DNA from: Octopus bimaculoides | Taxonomy: Eukaryota | Reading direction: 5' to 3' | Length of the DNA stretch: 64,000 nucleotides | NCBI RefSeq assembly: GCF_001194135.2 | Contig: NC_068981.1 | Span: 79,501,923-79,565,922 of the forward strand | Shown here: piece by piece, positions 13,248-25,896 of the stretch | Numbering within the stretch: position 1 is the first letter of the stretch | How the letters are laid out: every line of letters starts with the position of its first letter | Program-made: the position numbers and the translations under genes | Notes under the pieces: model-generated | Databases searched by the model: none | Seen by the model: only the letters and a program-made list of their open reading frames with translations | Told to the model about the DNA's origin: nothing

Positions 13248-16200
13248 ATTTTAATTCTGAAATTTTTTTTAGACGTTACACTACAAGGTATCTGAAACAC
13301 ATTTAAAACCGTGCATTTGATATTGTAATTTAAAGGGTGTAATTTAAAATTTTCGTGTGGTTTATGACATTTACATCCCTGCGATATACTGGTATTATGG
13401 TTTACAGGAATCAGTACAAAAGACACTAGTTAGGAATTCTGTATAGCTTGGTATTGGAGGAGGTCTGTGGCAAGATGACACCAATGCTACTGATTCACAC
13501 ATTGGATATTATTCCACCCATCCTCTCACTGCTTTCCCGTCAATTCAATTTATTTTTTAATTCTTATATTGTTTATTTAAATGTTTAATTATTGTTCTGA
13601 AAAACTTATGTGAAACAATTGCATGTATATATATATATGTGCGAGAGTGAAATTACCGGTGTTCCTCGCCCCTCTTTATCATAAACGGTAACGTAGAATT
13701 TCAAAAAAAAAAAAATACTGAGGTCGCTGGACCGCAATCAGCGACAGGAACAAAGAATATAGGATACTTTATTAAAAAAAAATATATTATACAATACATA
13801 ATGCGTATGTTGTTTAATGTCTAGCTGCATGTCTTCACACAGAATGTCAATTGGATTAGCGCGATCTATAACTTCATTTTTCTGGAATTACTTTTCTTTA
13901 TCTGCCTAATTCAGGATATTTCCAACCATTTAAGGATGGCGACCCGATTCACTAAAAATAGCACGATACACTATAAATATGCTTCCCACCACCTCTTCTT
14001 TCTTTAATTAAACATCGTATTGCGATTAAATACAATTTATACAATTCATTCGGGCATGCGCGGTCAAGCTAGTTATGTTTAATTTTGATCTGCAAATATG
14101 AAAACCACAATTAAAATATTCCCATGTTTTGACAATTTCGTGACATAGGTTCGGAAACACCATTTAATTGAATACTTTTTCGGTGCAATATGATGGCAGG
14201 TCGAGCAATTTATGTATTATGTCTGCACGAGTAGAAGTACTACTTTTGTTTATCAGCTGACTGCTAAATGGATGATTGAATGGCTGGATAATAACAGAGT
14301 GACAGTAATGCATGATGATAGTTTCGACCGAAGAATTAAATTTACCTCACGGAGTTTACCACCAGGAGTTTATACCTTACTCTACAATCATAAGAATAAA
14401 TATTGTTTACACGTATCTTATATTCAGATCTAATGACTTATAATGAAATGAATATAAATAATCTTCCTCCAACTATTTTTCATCTCCCTCGAATTCTGAA
14501 ACATTTCAAGAGAATAATATGATTATTTGTAATCAAACGACAAAACTGGTGACTCCTACAGACTATAAGGCATCCATTCATTCTGCCACGCATTTATAAC
14601 AGCTTTTAATTATTTACTTATTTTCATTCATTTATAGAAAATTCATCGTTTTCCGAAGAAACGATTCCTTTGACGTGCTGTTATTTAACCGGTCGAACAA
14701 ACCTATGATTTCAAGGCTCCCAGCCGTGTTCGATGCTGTATTCTTATATAGGCATAGTGTATCTTGAGTCTTGCCCCTCTCTCTTTTGAGACCGAATTTA
14801 AAACTACGTTATGCTATATATCCATTGCTTTCAGAGGCTGGTGTCATTTCAGAGAGAGAACTGGCTGCTATTTCGTGGAGGCTTCCTATTCGACTCGTTA
14901 ATCATTCCGATACATTTGCAACCCTGACGCTATTTCTACTTATACTCTATACAGGTATCGCTCAAGGCCAGAACCAACGAAGGGGCTCTTTACGAGGAAC
15001 TTCAAGTTGCTAGAAATAACAGCTAAATCTCAATCAGCTCACACCCTACAGTTTTGAACAACGATAATATAGTTTGGATCCCAGCATATAAGGAAAGATA
15101 CAGGTTATTAAATTAACAGAATAGCGGCGTAATTTCGAAAAAAGACGAGGAATGCATAAAAACATCATGGTTTATCTGAAATACTGAAACCAAAAACATT
15201 GTTTAATATTTGTTTTTGTTATTTTTACTTTCATTTTTAAAACACTTGTATTATGACGAGAAATTGTGCTGCACTTCTCTATACTTTTTTTCGACAGGAT
15301 GGTCACGGATGGAATGACTGATCACTAGTCTGCTTGATTTATGTTGACCTGGGACTAAACAAGATAGGAGACGAGTCAATTCGTTCGACAAGCTCCAACA
15401 GCAGCCAAATCTCCATTACATCAAATCTTACAGTTATAAAGTGATTGATATATTGGATTATATATTCCTTGATGTCTAAACATACGATATGGTCACAGCT
15501 GGAACGTCTTTGATGATATAAAACTCTCCTCGATCAGGGCCGGTTTGATCCTCACGAGGCGATCTAAACGACTCATTTTACTCCGGTATTTAAGTGGGAG
15601 TATTTAATTCAACAACTCTCTAGAGGGAAAATTAAATTACAAAGTCGACAGATAACTAATGTGACCTGTATTAAGAACCACGGAACAGCAACGAAGGGAG
15701 ATGGACAGCACATCTGGTTTGATGATCTCTTGTTCTGTCGTCTGCACAACCTTAATTTCAAGAATTAGAATATAAACTGTATATGTACATACGTATGTAA
15801 ATATACATAAAATAGCGACAGCAGCTGTTAAATTCTAACGCTTCTAGTGTGTTGGGTGCAAGTATAGTTATGTAGCTCACCGAGTTAAAATAGAAACGGA
15901 TCCGGTAAACGAAAATAGCAGAAACTCAGAAATTCTAGCTCTATTTAAACGAAAGGATTACCTTAATGGTCAAGACTGATTATTAGTACCACCGAATTAA
16001 TTATAAAAAGTGATTTTTAAAACATGATAATATTAAATGAACTGGACTTCGGTGAGTTGTAAGGAGCCACGTGTTGGTGCTTCATGAAAAGAAATTTTTC
16101 ATCACCAGGGTATGAGTAGGAAAACGAACAAAACAAATGGAAAAGGAAGAATAGAGATCTTCATGCCGCAGATCCTCTAACAAGGATTGTATTGCTGAAG

Positions 16201-16770
16201 GGAACACTGAAGATACAACCTATTTAAAATACTAACAAACTTTTACATTGTGGTGGGAGCTATGTAGGGAACCCTTGAAAGTTGGATGAAATATTTTATC
16301 TAAAAATTATTTTGTCAGTTTACTCATTTTATGCTTTGTGTAAAGAGATTTTATAATACAGTTTAAATGTGATATATACATAACACACACACNNNNNNNN
16401 NNTATATATAATGCTTTTATCAATAATATCAAGGATTTGTAAAGCTTTTTGGTACATTCGCATAATTGCTGTCGTTCGTTAACTCAGTATGGGTAAAAAT
16501 TTGCTAAGTCATTTTCATGCTTTTGATGTTACTATCAAAACAAAATAATAATAACCGGTCGTTTCTGTAATTAGAAATGTAGAAATAGATAACTGCTTCA
16601 GCAAACGAATGTACATTAATAAAAGAATTTATCTCAATATTTTTTAGGGAATTAGTGAAATGTATGTGTGTGTATCTGAGATCAGGAATTATCATTCCTA
16701 ACCGTTCCGATGCATAACTGGTTCTCCTATTGTTGAAAAACAAGGTAACCAAAAAAAAATACTATCTTAC

Positions 16771-17001
16771 CTGTCCTTTATTTAATGGCACTCCAATAAC
16801 CCCGATCTTCTGCAAGTGTATATGTCTTCGGGTGGACACTTGCACTACTTGCCGTGTTGGTCGCAGTAGATTCACACATGATCTATTTTGACTGTTTATA
16901 ACATTTTTGATAACATACGAGAAACTAGAAAACGTCCGTCTGTTAATGAAATTATTCAACAAGTGGTTATATAATGTTCGTTGACTAAAATGGAAAGACA
17001 T
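16771..17001 (-). CDS. ARG: Arginase (mitochondrial type), coding exon 1, 77 aa
   Basis: AAAATT-ATG start. The 77 codons end KIGVIGVPLNKGQ, matching the arginase N-terminal motif (human ARG1 IGIIGAPFSKGQ, ARG2 VAVIGAPFSQGQ). A GTAAG donor follows immediately (plus strand CTTAC at 16766-16770), in phase 0 after GQ, where I recall vertebrate arginase intron 1 lies. The first 64 aa contain no D or E and are R/S-rich, ending STRRHIHLQ. Confidence 0.85.
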
Positions 17002-17645
17002 AATTTTTTATTTTATTGTATTTTTCTCCTGTAATTCTTCGAAGCTAATGTTGCTTATTCTCTATAGAATTATATATTTTTTCCTGTCTGTAGATTTTTT
17101 TTTCCTTTCTTTTCAGTAAAAGTCTTTATTGACCACGGTGCGTCCTGCCTCTGTCTAGGCTCCTTAAAAGTTGCACCGTTCTGCTTAATATTCCAAAACG
17201 ACACTCAACTTGTTTCTCTCACTCACTCTCTACCTCTCTCCTCCCCCTCCGTCTCCTATCTACTTACCTATCTCTTTATTATTACTTCCAATCCACCTCT
17301 TTCTTCCTCCTTCTTTCTCTTTCATCACAGCAACATCCTCCTCCTTTTTTTCATACCTCCTCCTCCCTTATTGTTTCTCTTCTTTTTACCTCCTTTTCCT
17401 CGATCATCGCACCACGTTTTCCTTATGTCAACCAGCAATTCTCTTGCTATTATTTTTCTCTCACATCTCTTTTACTTGTTTTATTTTTTCTTATTTTATT
17501 CTCTACTACCACATTTACTTTCCCTCTTTTTCTTTCTTTCTCCCTTCCATTGCTCCCTTTTCATCGCATACTTTCTCATTCACTTCTTTCCAATCTATCT
17601 ATCTATCTATCTATCTATCTATATATCTATCTATCTATCTATTTC
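17002..17645 (-). promoter_or_regulatory. Putative arginase 5' UTR and promoter region with a long purine/pyrimidine tract
   Basis: A-rich leader directly upstream of the ATG. About 430 bp of CT-rich (plus strand) low-complexity sequence at 17210-17640 ends in (TATC)n. The TSS cannot be located from sequence. Confidence 0.35.
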
Positions 17646-17790
17646 TCTCGTCAACTTTTTCAAGTACCACTTGAAAAGGAGGATGAGGATAGAGAGGAAA
17701 GTGTTGTCGAATGAAAGTTTCAATAAAAAATGGGTAAATGGGGCAAGAATGGTAAGAATGAAAGACGACACCATTTTAAGCATAGACTTG
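17645..17790 (+). mobile_element. L1/Tx1-like LINE ORF2 C-terminal fragment
   Basis: VNFFKYHLKRRMRIERKVLSNESFNKKWVNGARMVRMK aligns with the 36.1-36.3 kb copy; truncated by a gap. Confidence 0.6.
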
Positions 17791-18889
17791 NNNNNNNNNN
17801 NNNNNNNNNNNNNNNNNNNNNNNNNNNNNNNNNNNNNNNNNNNNNNNNNNNNNNNNNNNNNNNNNNNNNNNNNNNNNNNNNNNNNNNNNNNNNNNNNNNN
17901 NNNNNNNNNNNNNNNNNNNNNNNNNNNNNNNNNNNNNNNNNNNNNNNNNNNNNNNNNNNNNNNNNNNNNNNNNNNNNNNNNNNNNNNNNNNNNNNNNNNN
18001 NNNNNNNNNNNNNNNNNNNNNNNNNNNNNNNNNNNNNNNNNNNNNNNNNNNNNNNNNNNNNNNNNNNNNNNNNNNNNNAAAGCTCTACTTTGTAATTTGT
18101 CCATTTTCTGTATTTAGCCCTGTGTGGCTATAATAAAAAGATATCTATCTATTTCTCTATCTATCTATCTATCTATCATATTTGTTTCTTTTATGCTTTT
18201 TACACACCCCTTTCTCTTTTCTTCATAACAGTCTCCTACTTTTTCAGTAAACTATTTCATCACTTTGTTTTTGCATTCTTTTCATCTGCTACCTCTGGTT
18301 TTTACCTTCTCTCTTCTCTTAGTATTTTGTTCCTCCCATCATGTGTATTTTCTGCATTCTCTCTCTCTCTCTCTCTCGCCCTCTTTCCTTTCTTTTCTCC
18401 CCTTTTCTCTTCCCCTCTCTCTCTCCCCCCCTCTCTCTCTCATTTCATTGTGTGATTCTGAGTGTGCCGGCATCTCATTAATTCACTGAATTTCTATTTT
18501 CTTTCTTTGGTTTTATTGTGTTCTTTTCTGAAAGGAACTGTGCCCATGCTTTCACAGGCCCTCCACGTCGCCTTCCTTTTCTGTGCTCTTTATTTAGTAT
18601 CATAATCTTTCCTTTTCATTCTTCTTTCCCTTTCTTTTCATTCTACCTTGCCTTCACTCTGCCACCCGCTGTCATGCTTTCCTGTTTTTCAATGCATTCG
18701 TCTTCGTCTACATTAAATGCAAGATGTGTGGTTAAGAAGTTCACTTAGCAGCCATGTGGTTTCGGGTTCATTCCCGCGGCACTTTGGGCAAGTGTCTTCT
18801 ACAATAGCCCTGAGTCGACCATTGCCTTGTGAGTAAATTTGTCAGACGGAAACCTTGTGGAAGCCCATTGTATATATGAATTATATATA

Positions 18890-19190
18890 TATCATCATCA
18901 TCATCGTTTAACGTCCGCTTTCCATACTAGCATGGATTGGACGATTGGACTGGTGAACCGGATAGCTGCATCAGGCTCCGATCTGATCTGGCAGAGTTTC
19001 TACAGTTGGATGCCTTTCCTAACGCCAATCATTCCGAGAGTGTAGTGGGTGCTTTTACGTGCCACCGGCACGAGGGCCAATCAGGCGGTACTGGCAACGG
19101 TCACACTTAAAATGGTGTTTTTTACGTGCCACCTGCACAGAAGCCAGTCCAGCAGCACTGGCAACGACCTCGCTCAAATGATTTTCTAAC
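18890..19190. repeat. Dispersed repeat beginning at (CAT)n; copies at about 420-620, 805-1110, 6440-6710 and 10925-11370
   Basis: Shared motifs TTTAA(C/T)GTCC..TTTCCAT(A/G)CT and TGGATGCCCTTCCTAACGCCAA..TCCGAGAGTGTAGTGGGTGCTTTT. Confidence 0.75.
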
Positions 19191-19199
19191 ATGTATGTA

Positions 19200-19239
<40 letters not shown>

Positions 19240-20184
19240 TATTAAGTGCAGAAGTGGCTGTGTGGTAAGTAGCTTGATTNNNNNNNNNNNNNNNNNNNNN
19301 NNNNNNNNNNNNNNNNNNNNNNNNNNNNNNNNNNNNNNNNNNNNNNNNNNNNNNNNNNNNNNNNNNNNNNNNNNNNNNNNNNNNNNNNNNNNNNNNNNNN
19401 NNNNNNNNNNNNNNNNNNNNNNNNNNNNNNNNNNNNNNNNNNNNNNNNNNNNNNNNNNNNNNNNNNNNNNNNNNNNNNNNNNNNNNNNNNNNNNNNNNNN
19501 NNNNNNNNNNNNNNNNNNNNNNNNNNNNNNNNNNNNNNNNNNNNNNNNNNNNNNNNNNNNNNNNNNNNNNNNNNNNNNNNNNNNNNNNNNNNNNNNNNNN
19601 NNNNNNNNNNNNNNNNNNNNNNNNNNNNNNNNNNNNNNNNNNNNNNNNNNNNNNNNNNNNNNNNNNNNNNNNNNNNNNNNNNNNNNNNNNNNNNNNNNNN
19701 NNNNNNNNNNNNNNNNNNNNNNNNNNNNNNNNNNNNNNNNNNNNNNNNNNNNNNNNNNNNNNNNNNNNNNNNNNNNNNNNNNNNNNNNNNNNNNNNNNNN
19801 NNNNNNNNNNNNNNNNNNNNNNNNNNNNNNNNNNNNNNNNNNNNNNNNNNNNNNNNNNNNNNNNNNNNNNNNNNNNNNNNNNNNNNNNNNNNNNNNNNNN
19901 NNNNNNNNNNNNNNNNNNNNNNNNNNNNNNNNNNNNNNNNNNNNNNNNNNNNNNNNNNNNNNNNNNNNNNNNNNNNNNNNNNNNNNNNNNNNNNNNNNNN
20001 NNNNNNNNNNNNNNNNNNNNNNNNNNNNNNNNNNNNNNNNNNNNNNNNNNNNNNNNNNNNNNNNNNNNNNNNNNNNNNNGATTTTCCTTCTCCTCTTTAA
20101 CCCTTATATTAAATTGTTATTTGATTATCAGGGATTCCTTCCTTCAATGCTTTTTGAAGGGTTATGGGAAATGACCCCCAACCC

Positions 20185-21268
20185 ATTTACTAAAAGAAAA
20201 CAAATAAATTGTTAGGTTTGTTTGTGGCGTTGTTATCTAACTCCTCCTACATCGTTTTATTGATTGTGATGAAACTTGGCACGTGAGTAGAACTCATATC
20301 TGGAAACCACGTGACATACTTAGATTGTTGGAAAAGTCGATAATACGGCCCCTGGAAGGGACCTTTATATCTACCTCATATAACTATTTTTTTGAAAATA
20401 CCCAAGGGAAATAACCTATACCACCTGCACAATATTTTTTAAACACTCAAGGGAAATAACCCATTTCATTGTTTATGTTCGATTACTTTGAATATTGATT
20501 TTTTGTGTCCAATTTCTAATTTTTGCAGACAATATCACTTTTTTACTTTATTTCACACGTGAACAGAACTCATGTCTGGAAACCTCGTGACATACTTAGA
20601 TTGTTGAAAAAAATCGATACTAGGGCCCATCCAATGGATCCTCCTATCTACTACATATCACTAATATTTTCTTTAAAAAACCCAAGGGAAATAACCCATA
20701 CTACCTGCAGTTTTTAGCGAAGCGATCAATATTTGATTCTCACGATCAGCCAACCTAATTCTGCATCTCACTACTCACAGTCTTGAACTACTAAACATTA
20801 TTATTGCATTTCCTTAATTTGAATATCTTCATTCATGCATTTCTAAACATACATACTTTTTTGAATGCCCATTACTCCGATAATTCTGCATTTTAACTGT
20901 TACACTTTCTCCATGACAGTAGATAAATTTTTTCCCCACAACGTATTTGTAGTGGTTTCATGCAGGCATAGCGTGGATTCGATCCTCGATTGCCAAATTT
21001 CACTTAACACTTCAACGGAGTTTTTCTCACTAGTTTTTCTCAATAGTTTTTTTTCTGTGAACGACAACCTCTCTCAACAAACTCAGAAAACCTCTCTCGC
21101 CAACCTCCAACAAACTTTCCCGCCGCTAGCTGACAGTTTTTGTACTTTTTCGTGACGGAAAATATACTTTTTGTGACAGTTATAACGAAATTGCTTTCTT
21201 ATATCAGAGTAATAAGGCGTTTCAATAGAACATCTTTACCCCCGGGAATTACTGGGTACACCAGCTAG
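20185..21268 (+). mobile_element. Non-autonomous Helitron with internal duplication of about 277 bp
   Basis: 3' hairpin CCCGGGAATTACTGGG followed by CAGCTAG|T (21265-21269). Duplicated blocks start at about 20279 and 20556. The 5' end is approximate. Confidence 0.65.
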
Positions 21269-21583
21269 TATATATANNNNNNNNNNNNNNNNNNNNNNNN
21301 NNNNNNNNNNNNNNNNNNNNNNNNNNNNNNNNNNNNNNNNNNNNNNNNNNNNNNNNNNNNNNNNNNNNNNNNNNNNNNNNNNNNNNNNNNNNNNNNNNNN
21401 NNNNNNNNNNNNNNNNNGAGAGAGAGAGAGAGAGAGAGTGTGTGTGTGTGTGTGTGTTTGTGTGTGTGTGTGCGTGTATTAATAATAATAATAATAATAT
21501 AACAACAAAAAATTGAATGAGACCTCGATATTATGTAAAATAGAGGAATTTATCCATAAATATAATATGTGACAATTAGTTGG

Positions 21584-21658
21584 TTGTCATAATAAAACTC
21601 AGAGTTTCGGATACCGGGGCTGAAGTCTGCTCCGGCATCTCATCAGTTATTAAGACAA
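21584..21658 (-). ncRNA. Type I hammerhead ribozyme in a Penelope-like terminal repeat remnant
   Basis: Minus strand reads TTGTCTTAATAA-CTGATGA-GATGCCGG(AGCAGACTTCAGCC)CCGGTATC-C-GAAA-CTCTGAGTT^TTATTATGACAA. Core boxes are intact; stem I is 11/12 bp, stem II is 8 bp, and stem III is short and near-palindromic (ACTCTGAGT). Confidence 0.75.
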
Positions 21659-22419
21659 AACGCGATGAAAATAACCGTTGAGTAAAGGGAAATTACTCCA
21701 ATAGGCATGGTGAAAGTAATACTTTGTTCATAGAATCCGTATATGCACACATATACACACACATACATGTACGCACGCACACACACACACCTGTAAGTAT
21801 ATATATCTATATACATATTCAAACGCGTGTACATATACATAAAATACACATATATACATCTATATGTCTACGCATACACGCACATACATACGCATATAAA
21901 CCCATGCACGCATCACTGCGCTCATATATACATCTCTACACGCACACACACATACATACGCGGATATACAAAACGTAGTTTATACGCACATGCATATCAA
22001 TACGCGGAAAACGTATATACAGATAAAAACACATACGCAAAAATGCACGCATCATTATGCTCATATACACATCTCTATACGCAAATGCACATACATACGC
22101 GGATAGATGTATATACAAATAAAAACACATACGCAAAAAACATAAACCTTGTTGGGGAAAATGGGTTTATATTTTTCCTACCAGAATTTGAAAAAGACAT
22201 TAAACTGACCTTAGATTTGCGCTATCACATCAGATCCTTGTGCCATCGACACATAGCTTCATTTACCTGGAGCATACCAAAAATTAACTTTACACCACTA
22301 TTTGCGAGAATTTTGACAGGTTTGTCATTCTAATTTTGAATAATATGTTCAAGCTGAGTTTTGCTTTAAAACTATTTCTCTTCTTTTCAAGTGTGAACTA
22401 AACCACTATGATTTACTTA

Positions 22420-22672
22420 AGGATACAACATCAAAAAGAAGGACGTGCTATAATGACCTCAGTATTTTCTGTTGCATCTGTGGAAACATTACTCCACAGG
22501 CTCAAAGGTGCAACATTAATAACTTTGTCAAGAAGATATATCTTGTTTACTTTAAAGTATCACTTGGCGACCAGAAGAAAACCTGGTCTCCCCACAAAGT
22601 TTGCTAAACCTGTGTTGAAACTTGGTGTGATGAAGCAATTCATCAAAGCTCTAACTATAAGTGCAATTCATA
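22420..22672 (+). mobile_element. Internally deleted DNA transposon relic (CMC/Chapaev3-like; family assignment tentative)
   Basis: KRRTCYNDLSIFCCICG...FVKKIYLVYFKVSLGDQKKTWSP.KVC.TCVE is joined directly to KLGVMKQFIKAL. Confidence 0.65.
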
Positions 22673-23567
22673 GATGCATCTATGGATTGCAGTTATAGCT
22701 GATGTAATTATTTACCGAATACAGAAACATATGTAACATGGGAATATCTATTTCATACCCATGCTTTTTTCTCAACTCACATACACACGCGCGCGCGCAG
22801 TGTGTATGTGTGTATATATATATGTATATATATNNNNNNNNNNNNNNNNNNNNNNNNNNNNNNNNNNNNNNNNNNNNNNNNNNNNNNNNNNNNNNNNNNN
22901 NNNNNNNNNNNNNNNNNNNNNNNNNNNNNNNNNNNNNNNNNNNNNNNNNNNNNNNNNNNNNNNNNNNNNNNNNNNNNNNNNNNNNNNNNNNNNNNNNNNN
23001 NNNNNNNNNNNNNNNNNNNNNNNNNNNNNNNNNNNNNNNNNNNNNNNNNNNNNNNATATATATATATATATAGTGGAGGCGCAATGGCCCAGTGGTTAGG
23101 GCAGCGGACTCGCGGTTTCGATTCCCAGACCGGGCGTTGTGAGTGTTTATTGAGCGAAAACACCTAAAGCTCCACGAGGCTCCAACACGGGATGGTGGCG
23201 AACCCTGCTGTACTCTTTCACCATAACGGAGTGCCATACATGTATGTGTTTATGTATGTTTGCCAAATCAATTGCTGAATTTGTTGTAGAAGTCCTCAGA
23301 CGCCTAGAGTTTTGTGCCAAGACTCTTAAACTACTTGGCACATGCCTCGTCAAAGACACGCACACGTGCGCGTAAGTGGGCATGTGGGGTAACTAGATCC
23401 ATGAACTTCACAAAGTACATCTTATTTTGTCTAATCAAGGCATTTATTAACTGAGAGTGCTGTACAAATAATCAGAAATTGCTTTGGAGCTCAGGTGAAT
23501 GTCAACTCCAAATAAACTAGAAAAGCACTCGGAGAGCGCAGACCTCCGCCAAACTAGAAGGAGCAGC

Positions 23568-23945
23568 ACTACGACGACGACGACGACTACCACCACTACC
23601 ACCACCATATCACACTCACCACCACAACCACCATCATCAGCAGCATTGTCATTGCTTCCACTTCAACCACATACACCTCCATCAATATTATCATGGCGAT
23701 TACCTTGACAGTCACTTTCACCACCACAACCAGTATAACCACTACAATACCACCATCACACAACTAACACTACTATTGCCACCACTATTACCACCATCAC
23801 CTCAGCATCACACATCACACCGCTCCTGTCACCATTATAACCACCGATACTATTTTATCCTCCTCCCATACTTATCTCGACCATCGTCATCATCAACACT
23901 GTCTCTGCTTTCACCACAATCACCGCCAAAACTACGATCACCACA
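23568..23945. repeat. Degenerate (ACC/ACT/ACG/ATC)n low-complexity tract
   Basis: Trinucleotide-derived, decaying away from 23568. Confidence 0.8.
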
Positions 23946-24242
23946 ATCAGTTTCTTTACACAGTTGAAAATCCATTATCCGATACTCATGGGACCGAGAT
24001 TGTTGCAGATTTTTTTATTTTTCTAACTTCAGAGTGCTTTATTAAAAACAAAAAAATGCATCTACAAAACGGAACAGTTTGAGGATAGAAACCAGGACTA
24101 AAGACAATAGTTTATAGACATACTCTGAATGTAGTTCTATATAAATCTTTAATAATTTTTTTTTATACATAAGACCATCAGAAATGTTAAAATATCAGCC
24201 TCTACCCACGCTGTCATGCTTTGATTAAAAGGTTACAGCATA

Positions 24243-24731
24243 GATTAGATTACTTAGATAAGTTTCGGCCGAAGTTGACTCAGGCCATGTCTAATTTAAT
24301 AGCACCACTTGGAAGAGATTCACAGTCAGCTCTGGGGAATCGCAGCCCTTTCAAGCAGAGGGCTGTTGTTTTCAGAGACATATCTGGGTGTGGGTGGTTT
24401 ATCTGGTATTTGTTGTAGGTAATCATCTAGGGATCGTTTGAATGCCGTGAAGTCACTTTCCTCCTTTATGTGTGTCTGGCACGATGTTGAAGAGAACAGG
24501 GCCAACTGAGGTGAAATAGTTCTGCCATAGTCTTGTGATACGACAGGAACATTTCTGTAGTGGACGGATGGCACGGGGGCCAAGCTTCGGACGAATTTTA
24601 AAGATGGGCAATGTTGATGGAATATTTTCCATATCATACAGCTGATATAGAGCTCGCAGCGGCGGTGGAAGGAGCAAAGCCTGAGCTTTTTGAGTCGATC
24701 CCAATAGTCAAGGCTTGTCATGTCATCCTCT
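24243..24731 (-). mobile_element. 5'-truncated CR1-type LINE (ORF2 C-terminus and 3' tail)
   Basis: MTSLDYWDRLKKLRL...NYFTSVGPVLFN...FKRSLDDYLQQIPDKPPTPRYVS. The 3' UTR has a hairpin GGCCTGAGTCAACTTCGGCC and a TCTAAGTAATCTAATCTA tail. Confidence 0.85.
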
Positions 24732-25395
24732 GCAGACCTCCGCCAAGCAGCTCATTTTAAGATAGATACGCGAGTAAAATTACTAATAGAGAAACGAAAA
24801 TAAACTTTTGAAACAGCAACGCCACCATAGGTTACGTGCAAACGATGAATATGTTTTCAAGGGAAATAATCAAAGAACGTAACATTGTAAAGTAAATATA
24901 ACAAAGGAAAAATCCTTCAAGAATCCATAAAAATTCCCGGATCACTATCATCCGTTCCTTGTGTCATTACCAACTTTTTCTGCAAGTTTCATCAAATATC
25001 GTTCACAACTTTTTGAGTTATTTTTCACACAGACGGACAGACGGACAAACCAACGCCAATGAAAACATAACCTCCTTCCTTGACGGAGGTAATAAATAGA
25101 GAGAATGAAGCTGAAATATAGTCATATTTCAGAAATATATTACATCAAAAGTTGTGAACAATAGTATCTCTAGCTACAAGGGTTTCTAAGGAGCCACTCA
25201 GTGGTTCACAGCATTCCTGAATGCGAAAGTGACAAAAGAGCGTGTGTGACTTGATGCTAAAGAAATATTTTAAGGGACTTCGTTCGTAAAGCGCCGATGC
25301 TTCTGATCTTCTTGGCAATGTTTATATCCTAAAGACATAGACACACATGTGCATGTGCATGCAAACCCACGCACGCACATACACAGACACACACA

Positions 25396-25449
<54 letters not shown>

Positions 25450-25841
25450 TCACTCACAGACATGTTCTTGTCTCTGGCCCACATACATGCTGTCTCCTGT
25501 CGGCCTTTATCTATCGCTACTATAGTGGCCTCTTTTCATCCACCACAATGGTTTCTTTTCTTCTGATTTTTCAGATAATGAATAACCTGCTTCACATTTC
25601 AACGGCCTTCTTCTTTCTATTCATTCATTACGTTTTCTTTTATACTGCGTTCTGAGTATTTTATATCTTCCTTCTATCTCAAAACTTAACCCTTCTAGAA
25701 ACTTTCTTCCTACAAATGTTTGCTGTTTCTAGCCTCTGTCTTTCTTAAGTTTAAACTCAACGTTTGATGCGAATTATCTGTGACATAACTATCCTGCAAG
25801 AGGGTATGAAAATGATACGAACACTGGCCTTGGATCATGAT

Positions 25842-25896
25842 GAAGAAGAAGAAGAAGAAGAAGAAGAAGAAGAAGAAGAAGAAGAAGAAGAAGAAG

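Larger units (their letters stand above)
1..16770 (-). other. Probable arginase intron 1 (continues beyond the left edge)
   Basis: Starts at the GT donor at 16770. A manual scan found no downstream arginase motif (GVExGP, GGDHS, DAHAD, GLRD) with splice sites on the minus strand. Confidence 0.5.
23515..25096 (-). mobile_element. Helentron/HINE (DINE-1-like) non-autonomous element, interrupted at 23553-24731
   Basis: Minus strand begins TTTATTACCTCCGTCAAGGAAGGAGGTTATGTTTTC, followed by a TGTCCGTC microsatellite. It ends with the matching subterminal repeat TTGGCGGAGGTCTGCGCTCTCCGAGTGCTTTTCTAGTT. Confidence 0.65.

Noticed and set aside
1622-14433. Plus-strand exon-like segments (1622-1717, 5323-5371, 10657-10703, 14257-14433) suggesting a nested gene
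   Set aside because: Splice signals are plausible, but the phases do not chain and no protein family is recognisable; not distinguishable from chance without RNA data.
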